Shown in pieces: positions 55,447 through 64,000 of a stretch of DNA of 64,000 nt. The DNA lies in NCBI GenBank assembly GCA_950097015.1, contig CATNEN010000011.1, forward strand, positions 4,526,001-4,590,000, written 5' to 3'. The position numbers were made by a program, and so were the translations under genes. The notes under the pieces were generated by a model. The model worked only from the letters and a program-made list of their open reading frames with translations, ran no database searches and was not told where the DNA came from. This DNA comes from Macrostomum hystrix (Eukaryota > Animalia > Platyhelminthes). The first letter of the stretch is position 1. Every line of letters starts with the position of its first letter.

Positions 55447-58400
55447 ATGAGTATAAGCAACAGCAGCAACAGCAGTCACTGCAGCGAAGGTAAATTTATT
55501 ATGTTACAACAACAGCAACAGCAGCAGCAGCAGCATATGTTAACTATGCACCAGCAACAGCAACAGCAGCAGCAGCTATCCATGTCTGCCAGTATAACAG
55601 CAGCCATGATGCAAGGAATGCAGGTAAAATTCTTCTAATGCCACTAATTAATAAACTATCGATATAGGTAGATAAATTTCAAGATGAAAAGGTAGATAGA
55701 TATATTTATCTATACATCTATGATCTATCTAGATTGATCAATAAGGAGATAGGAATATTGAGCAGTAGATAGATCGGTAGATGAATGGATGGATAGGTAG
55801 ATAGATCAGTAGATGGATCGGTAGATGGATCGGTAGATGGATCGGTAGATGGATCGATAGATGGATCGGTAGATGGATCGGTAGATGGATCGGTAGATGG
55901 ATCGGTAGATGGATCGGTAGATGGATCGGTAGATGGATCGGTAGATGGATCGGTAGATGGATAGGTAGATGGATCGGTAGATGGATCGGTAGATGGATCG
56001 GTAGATGGATCGGTAGATGGATCGGTAGATGGATCGGTAGATGGATTGGTAGATGGATCGGTAGATGGATCGGTAGATGGATCGGTAGATGGATCGGTAG
56101 ATGGATCGGTAGATGGATCGGTAGATGGATCGGTAGATGGATCGGTAGATGGATCGGTAGATGGATCGGTAGATGGATCGGTAGATGGATCGGTAGATGG
56201 ATCGGTAGATGGATCGGTAGATGGATCGGTAGATGGATCGGTAGATGGATCGGTAGATGGATCGGTAGATGGATCGGTAGATGGATCGGTAGATGGATCG
56301 GTAGATGGATCGGTAGATGGATCGGTAGATGGATCGGTAGATGGATCGGTAGATGGATCGGTAGATGGATCGGTAGATGGATCGGTAGATGGATCGGTAG
56401 ATGGATCGGTAGATGGATCGGTAGATGGATCGGTAGATGGATCGGTAGATGGATCACCGGTTTCTCATTCGATCTCCTGAACCTCTTGAACCTTCAAAGC
56501 ATGTTTTGCCGCCGCAAATCGCGTCGTCGAGCGCTTCGTCGTCAACCGGACTGACGACATCGGCCGAGAGTCATCAGCCCCACCAGCCACTGGGACCGCC
56601 GCCAACATGGGCCTACGCGCATCCGGCCCTCATGCCACTGGACCCTCAGACAGAATCGTTGGGTGAGTTGCATATTGGCCTTCAATATTTGGCACTTTTA
56701 TAGTATGACCATCTTCGTGAAGCATCGCCTGAAAAATCGTACGAAGAATCGTATGTAGAATCTTCTCAATAATCGTCTGTAGAATCTTCTCAAGAATCGT
56801 CTGTAGAATCTTCTCAAGAATAGTCTGTAGAATCTTCTCAAGAATCGTCTGTAGAATCTTCTCAAGAATCGTCTGTAGAATCGTCTCTAGAAATCGTCTG
56901 TAGAATCTTCTGTAGAATCGTCTGTAGAATCGTCTGTAGAATCGTCTTTGGAATCGTCTGTAGAATCGTCTGTAGAATCGTCTGTGGAATCGTCTGTAGA
57001 ATCGTCTCTAGAAATCGTCTCTAGTAGCTAGCAGTCAGCAGGCCATAAATAATTTTCAAGCAGAAATTTTTTAATCAAATCAATAAAAAACTCGATACCC
57101 CCTCGAACTCAGCCGAGAATTGGAGGCAGTTCCAACAAGCGGCCTACAACTACAACCTGGATCCCCACCTGCTGGCCATCTACGGCGGCAGCTTTGCTGC
57201 CGGCAGAGCCGATTTGGCCGGCCAGAGAAGGAAGAATGCCACCAGGGAGACAACCGGTGTGCTCAAGGCCTGGCTGAACGAACACAAGAAAAATCCCTAT
57301 CCAACCAAAGGGGAGAAGATCATGTTGGCTATCATAACCACAATGACTCTGACACAGGTGAGTATACTGGCACGGATAATTTTCATCCTAATGACAACGC
57401 TTAAAATCCCTAATCTAGAACTTCAAATCCCAAATCTAGAACTTCGAATCCCTAATCTAGAACTTCAAATCCCTAATCTAGAACTTCGAATCCCAAATCT
57501 AGAACATTAAATCCCAGATCTAGAACTTCGAATCCCTAATCTAGAACTTCGAATCCCAAATCTAGAACATTAAATCCCTAATCTAGAACTTCGAATCCCA
57601 AATCTAGAACTTCAAATCCCAAATCTAGAACTTCGAATCCCAAATCTAGAACGTCGAATCCCAAATCTAGAACTTCAAATCCCAAATCTAGAACTTCGAA
57701 TCCCAAATCTAGAACTTCAAATCCCAAATCTAGAACTTCGAATCCCAAATCTAGAACTTCAAATCCCAGATCTAGAATATTAAATCCCAAATCTAGAACT
57801 TCGAATCCCAAATCTAGAACGTCGAACCCCAAATCTAGAACTTCAAATCCCAAATCTAGAACTTCGAATCCCAAATCTAGAACTTCAAATCCCAGATCTA
57901 GAATATATTATCCCAAATCTAGAACTTCAAATCCCAGATCTAGAACTTCAAATCCCTAATCTAGAACTTCAAATCCCAGATCTAGAATATATAATCCTAA
58001 ATCGAGAACTTCAAATCACAAATACTAAATTTTACAAGCAATGCTCAATCCAGAAAAACTGTTTATTAACTATAATAGATTAAGACACATTTTCATTTGC
58101 GCAAGTCGAAGAAACAATTTAGTTAATTTGTGAATTAGTTTTAAATACGCAATTATATTCTCGCGAAGGATGAGTTAAAAAGACTACAAAAGCATTCAAC
58201 AATCTCACAACCTCCTCCCAGAGTCCCTCCAATGGGCCCCAAGTTTTTTCAAAACCGGAAAATAAATTTCGTGCCTTTTACTGAAAAAAATACAGAAAGT
58301 TTTTTTAGTCCAGACACAAGCGAACAAACTTTCCGTCTGCTAAAGCAAAAAATCACGCATCGCAGCCTTTCTTTTCAAATGGCGCATTAAAACAAATCTG

Positions 58401-60111
58401 TCCCTTGCTCCATTAATGATTTAACAAACAGGAACAACCTGAGCACAGGTTGGTTATAAATTTCATAGTGAAGGTGCGAAATACTGATCTGCTGCCCACG
58501 GTGTTATGAAACTAGTTTTATTGGGCCAAATTAAAGTAGGAAAGTATCAATTGCTAAAACAAATCAAATGTATTGCGTAGTCCTATAATTTCATAATTGT
58601 TTTAATGCGCTGGTATCTAAATTTACTTTCGCTAAATAGTCGCAATTAGTTTTCTTACCTGAGTCGCCTAATAGCATAGCAAAATCGGGCAACTCTAAAT
58701 CTGTATTACTATTTCATTTTATTTTTTAAAAGCCTTTAGGATTTGTTGGAAACTTTCTGGATTTCTAGGAAAATTTGTTGATTTCTAGGAAACTTTTCTG
58801 ATTTCTAGGAAACTTTTTTGATTTCTAGGAAGCTTTTCTGATTTCTAGGAAACTTTTGGGATTTCTAGGAACTTTTTGAATGTCTAGGAAACTTTATGAA
58901 TTTCCAGGAACCTTTTTTGATTTCTAGGAAGCTTTTTGTGTCTTTTAAAAGCATTTAGGACTTCAATGAAACTTTCGGGATTTCTAAGAAACTTCCGGGA
59001 TTTCTAGAAAACTTCAGGATTTCTAGGAAACTTTTCGGACTTTTATGAAACTTTCGGGATTTCTAGGAACTGCAGGAATTTTATCAACTTTTTGGATTTC
59101 TAGGAAGCGTTCGGGATTTCTAGGAAACCTTTTGTATTTCTAGGAACTTCATGATTTCTAGGAAAGCCACAAAATTATTCGAAAGTCGAACAAGTTTTCA
59201 AACTTCCCTTAAATTTTCCGAGCTCTTCAGAAATTCTTGCATTCTTGAATTTCTAAGAAGAATATACTCATCGTTTATTAAGCCCGAGGCACTTTAAACG
59301 ATTTCCATCTCTAAATTTTTATCCGATCTTTGTTACTCCAGGTATCGACCTGGTTTGCCAATGCCCGACGTCGCTTGAAGAAGGAGAACAAGATGACCTG
59401 GGCGCCGAGAAACCGCGGCGAGGACACAACCGGTGACGAAGTCGTGACCGGCTCCGATCACAACCGGACCTTCAACGAGGACGACGAGCTGAACGACGAA
59501 GATGTCGACGATGACATTGCCGATGAAATTGCCGACGACAGTGAGGCGGTTACCGCTTCCGCCGCAGCCACAATTCCTGTCGATATTGACACTCTTCGCC
59601 GAGCTCAGTCTCTGAAGCGGGGCGCCGGTGAACTTAAAAGCGACATCTTCTGCTCTGAGAAGCGCGAACGCAGCGAATCCGCAGCGACCGCCGCCGCCGC
59701 CGCTGCGCCAGAGAAGCCAAGAATCTGGTCCATTGTGGACACGGTCACAAAAATTGAGCCGCCAAAACTTCCAGGCTGGATGAACGGCGCAACACTTGGC
59801 GGCAGTTCTTACTTCTCGCAGCAACCGCAGCAGCAGCAACTCAGTCCGAGTCTCATGTTTTCTGGACTGGCGCCGCCGCCTCCGCCACCGCCGCCGGCAA
59901 TGTTGGCCTTCCAGAATCATCATCACACTCATCAGCTCCTGCTTCATCAGTTGCATCAGCAACATCAGCAGCAGCAGCAGCAGCAGGCGGCAGCGGCAGC
60001 CGCTTGTTCTACATTTGCTGATTTTGCCAGTTTTTCTGCGGCGTTTGCGAGGCAACCGCCTCATTCACTGTTCCCTCCACTGCCACCGCAGTTGCATCAT
60101 CATCACCACCT

Positions 60112-60144
<33 letters not shown>

Positions 60145-60226
60145 CCAACTGAGTCCAGGAAGCTCTGTTCAGAACACACCGCCGACTCCTCTGAGAACAT
60201 CTCCCCTGCAATGCCGCAAGTCCTGA
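55447..60226 (+). CDS. irx: Iroquois-class TALE homeobox protein (~489 aa); exons 55447-55623, 56500-56662, 57113-57357, 59342-60226
   Basis: Homeodomain [44 protein letters not shown]|[20 protein letters not shown]; acidic tract; IRO box [10 protein letters not shown]; exon sum 1470 nt in frame. Exons 1-2 are less certain than 3-4. Confidence 0.95.
55790..56456. repeat. 12-bp repeat GTAGATGGATCG, ~55 copies (irx intron 1)
   Basis: Near-perfect tandem array; generates the IHLP and DGSV ORFs. Confidence 0.98.
56740..57025. repeat. 12-bp-based repeat GAATCGTCTGTA / GAATCTTCTCAA (irx intron 2)
   Basis: Visible tandem units. Confidence 0.9.
57405..58015. repeat. 21-bp repeat AATCCCAAATCTAGAACTTC[A/G], ~29 copies (irx intron 3)
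   Basis: Visible tandem units. Confidence 0.95.
58740..59210. repeat. Degenerate GATTTCTAGGAAACTTTT-type repeat (irx intron 3)
   Basis: Recurrent TTTCTAGGAA cores. Confidence 0.8.
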
Positions 60227-60934
60227 CTGAATGGCTACTGACTGATTTTGATATGAAACAGCTAAAAAGAAAAATGGATTTGAGCCCTGTAAGTCTGTCT
60301 GATTTGCCTAAATGCACCAATTAATCCCTAAGCACTTTCTGTGCACAAACACCCGAATATTATCACTTTAATCTGTCTCCTTGTACACAGATGAGTTCGT
60401 TGAAATAAAAAATGCACTCTAAGCTTATTGTTTTATTTCTGTGTTAGTTTCTTGTAAAAAACTTTAATTCTTAGAGAAAATGTGTTTTCTAAAACGATCT
60501 TGTGTCCATTCACACTGTGGTTGTTCCTTCAGTTGATAACAACAACTAATGTTAGTTTCTATCCGCTTATTAATAAATAATTTGTTTGCTAAAATATTCA
60601 TTTCCTGAAGCACGCTTTGTACATAGATTGTCAAATATTCACTGTTATTATAATGTATTAGTTTTTCTTAAATCATGGCCTGAAAATTAATCCTGATGCC
60701 CTACTTTCTCATTGTGTGTTTTTCTATCGAATCTCCAATCTCTGCCGTCTTAGTAAAACAAAAATTGTGAAGTCCAAACTTTTTGCCAATTAATTTTTGT
60801 TATCAAGTTTATTTTGCCACTTCATTTCAAACAAGTTTTTGATAAATTGACAACTACTGGTGTTCACACACTCTCATTGGCTAGCCATCCTGAACATAAG
60901 AATTTCACGGTTAATAATTATTTTTTGTCTTTTG

Positions 60935-61025
60935 TTATGATTCTTCCTAGATGGACACATTCTTTCAGTTGAGTCGGGAATCGAACCTCTGACCTTCAAG
61001 TCGCGAGACTGAGTCTCTATCTACT
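60935..61025 (-). mobile_element. 5' fragment of the CORE-like tRNA SINE
   Basis: Reverse complement CGACTTGAAGGTCAGAGGTTCGATTCCCGACTC closely matches 24515-24546. Confidence 0.65.
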
Positions 61026-61534
61026 AAAACAGCCTCAATAGCAAACTATAACTAAAATAAATGATTAAATTGAGCACAGCTGAATGCCAAAGCTGCTATA
61101 GAATACTAGCTCAACAGTGTTCTTAAGCAGGAAACAGGGTTCATATTCGTATTTAGTTAACACCTCGCGAGTGTCTTGGCAGCAGCATCAGTTGAGGATC
61201 ATGCCGTTGCATACTGATTGGAGTTAATATATTCTTTAACTTCCTCTACGCCATGTTTGTGTTTGATGTAGAACTAAACAAAAAATCTCCACTTCTGTGT
61301 ATAATATTTTCCTTGCAGTAGCGGATTGTTAGGTTAAGTGTGAATTAGGTAGTGGACGGCCATAGCTGCTGCTGCTGCTGCTGCTTCGACAGGAGAGAAT
61401 TAATGTTGGGAAAAAGTTATATTTTAGCACGATCTCGTTTGGCAAGTCTTCTACTTGAATATATAGTTTTAATCAAGTTGAAGCTTAACAAATATTAATT
61501 GCCGGTTTCAGATCAAAGTAAGTTTAAAAAAACT

Positions 61535-62690
61535 CACGTTTCTCAACGCTAATCTCAGTTCTCATGTTTCTCAACTCTAATCTCAGTTCTCAAGTTTCTT
61601 AACTCTAATCTCAGTTCTCATGTTTCTCAACTCCACTATCAGTTCTCATGTTTCTCAACTCCACTATCAGTTCTCATGTTTCTCAACTCTAATCTCAGTT
61701 CTTATGCTTCTCAACTCCACTATCAGTTCTCATGTTTCTCAACTCCACTATCAGTTCTCATGTTTCTCAACTCCACTATCAGTTCTCATGTTTCTCAACT
61801 CTAATCTCAGTTCTTATGCTTCTCAACTCCACTATCAGTTCTCAAGTTTCTCAACTCTAATCTCAGTTCTCATGTTTCTCAACTCCACTATCAGTTCTCA
61901 AGTTTCTCAACTCTAATCTCAGTTCTCATGCTTCTCAACTCCACTATCAGTTCTCATGTTTCTCAACTCCACTATCAGTTCTCATGCTTCTCAACTCTAA
62001 TCTCAGTTCTCATGTTTCCCAACTCCACTATCAGTTCTCATGTTTCCCAACTCCACTATCAGTTCTCAAGTTTCTCAACTCTAATCTCAGTTCTCATGTT
62101 TCTCAACTCCACTATCAGTTCTCATGCTTCTCAACTCTAATCTCAGTTCTCATGCTTCTCAACTCCACTATCAGTTCTCAAGTTTCTCAACTCTAATCTC
62201 AGTTCTCATGCTTCTCAACTCCACTATCAGTTCTCATGCTTCTCAACTCCACTATCAGTTCTCAAGTTTCTCAACTCTAATCTCAGTTCTCATGCTTCTC
62301 AACTCCACTATCAGTTCTCATGTTTCTCAACTCCACTATCAGTTCTCATGTTTCTCAACTCTAATCTCAGTTCTCATGCTTCTCAACTCCACTATCAGTT
62401 CTCATGCTTCTCAACTCCACTATCAGTTCTCAAGTTTCTCAACTCCACTATCAGTTCTCATGCTTCTCAACTCCACTATCAGTTCTCATGTTTCTCAACT
62501 CCACTATCAGTTCTCATGTTTCTCAACTCCACTATCAGTTCTCATGCTTCTCAACTCCACTATCAGTTCTCATGTTTCTCAACTCCACTATCAGTTCTCA
62601 AGTTTCTCAACTCTAATCTCAGTTCTTATGCTTCTCAACTCCACTATCAGTTCTCAAGTTTCTCAACTCTAATCTCAGTTCTCATAGTTT
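61535..62690. repeat. 28-bp minisatellite TTTCTCAACTCCACTATCAGTTCTCATG (variant ...CTCTAATCTCAG...), ~41 copies
   Basis: Visible tandem units. Confidence 0.96.
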
Positions 62691-63559
62691 TTTATCCTTA
62701 GATGTTTAGTTTTCTGATTTCCGACTGAGAGTTCGGTAAAAGCTGCAATTATTATTTCAAGCATTCAGAGGACAATTTAGTTAGCTAAGTGTTAGCCAGC
62801 ATTCTCAGACAAGAAGGCCATATTTTATCTCGCTTTCACTAACTCAAACCAGCCTGCTGCATTCCAGTCTGTTGCTTCAAGTTTCCAAAAAAGTAGCATT
62901 AAAAAAACTGCTGCTTCTGAAACACAATAAAGCAGACGAATTTAAAACAAAAAAATGAAAAGGATTTAGTGAAGAAGAATTATGACAATGGCACGATTTG
63001 CGGTCTCGCGCCTCAAATTCCGCTTCTATACGATGATAGCGGCACGCGCTTCTCTCTACTGTGAAGTTGATTTTAATCAAATCAATGGCTTTGAGTTATT
63101 TACACAGCCAAGCTAGGGAGCCAACCCTAGCCCCTAAAGCTGCTTTGCCGCCTGAAATCAATTATTAAACAACATTACCCTGGCCTACCAACCAAACCCT
63201 TGGCTAATTATACGGGATCTCAAAACCCTAGCTTTCACAATCCCATCATCTCACCTCCTCACATTGCCCCACCGCACCCCAAAGCCCTCATATCATTGCT
63301 GGGAGAAAAATATATTTCAGCCGCGACTTAATCATTGTGCCGCTAAACTGGTTCAGTGGCATCAGATCCAGATAGTTTAGCAAGCCAGACAGACAGTTAT
63401 CGCTATCGATGTCACATCATCGCTTTCCCTGGTACATTGCTAGACAATGGAGAGGGCACACGATTTGACCACATCTGGGATTTTACTCTATAGATACTTT
63501 GATCACTTGTCAACTAGATCTTCTAGATATTTCCTATATTGTACAAAAAGGATTTTCCT

Positions 63560-64000
63560 GAAATCTAGATTTTCTCTAGATTCTATTTGTTCCTAGATAC
63601 TAGATTTGCCTAGATTCTAGATTTTCCCTAGATTATACATTTTCATAGATTCTATAGAGATTTCCCTAGATTCTAGATTTCCCTAAATTCTAGATTTTTC
63701 TATATTCTAGATATACTTAGATTCTAGATATCCCTAGATTCTAGATTTCCCCTAGATTTTCCTAGATTCTATAGAGATTTCCCTAGATTCTAGATATCCC
63801 TAGATTCTAGATTTCCCCTAGATTCTAGATTTTCCTAGATTCTATAGAGATTTCCCTAGATTCTAGATTTCCCTAAATTCTAGATCTTTCTATATTCTAG
63901 ATATCCTTAGATTCTAGATATCCCTAGATTCTAGACTTCCCTAGATTCCAGGTTTCCCTAGATTTCAGATTTCCATAGATTCCAGATTTCCCTGGATTCC
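63560..64000. repeat. Degenerate CCTAGATT/TCTAGATT repeat running off the window end
   Basis: Recurrent TAGATT cores. Confidence 0.85.

Noticed and set aside
55738-56480. IHLP and DGSV repeat ORFs (also ORFs at 31429, 31505, 36461-36955, 51736-52227, 57578, 61620-62701)
   Set aside because: They are translations of intronic or intergenic tandem repeats that lack stop codons.

Overview
Metazoan genomic DNA with spliced genes, rich in short tandem repeats. The repeat landscape and gene style suggest a free-living flatworm such as Macrostomum (inference only). I reconstructed seven genes by hand from GT/AG boundaries with consistent phases: (1) the 3' part of a LamG/concanavalin-like domain gene (+, 119-1603); (2) a convergent paralog with signal peptide, PAN-like Cys region and LamG-like domain (-, 11156-8067); (3) a calumenin/reticulocalbin-type EF-hand ER protein (+, 18843-21175); (4) a signal peptide-EGF-TSP1-TM protein (-, 26319-21499); (5) a LAP-family LRR+LAPSD+single-PDZ protein (+, 29391-39352); (6) an unrecognised ~1072-aa low-complexity acidic protein (-, 46457-42832); (7) an Iroquois TALE homeobox gene (+, 55447-60226). 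Mobile elements are an intact BEL/Pao LTR retrotransposon (254-bp LTRs identical by eye, 5-bp TSD), a non-autonomous Helitron carrying a helicase C-terminus with a nested hAT-type MITE, a second hAT MITE, three tRNA-derived SINE families (one CORE-like) and LINE relics. About 22 distinct minisatellite arrays occur, including a 4.7-kb 38-bp array. The most unusual observation is the BEL 3' boundary, which has no polypurine tract and a duplicated LTR start. No rRNA, true tRNA or CRISPR array is supported. Coordinates, alignments and copy numbers were read by eye; no searches were run.
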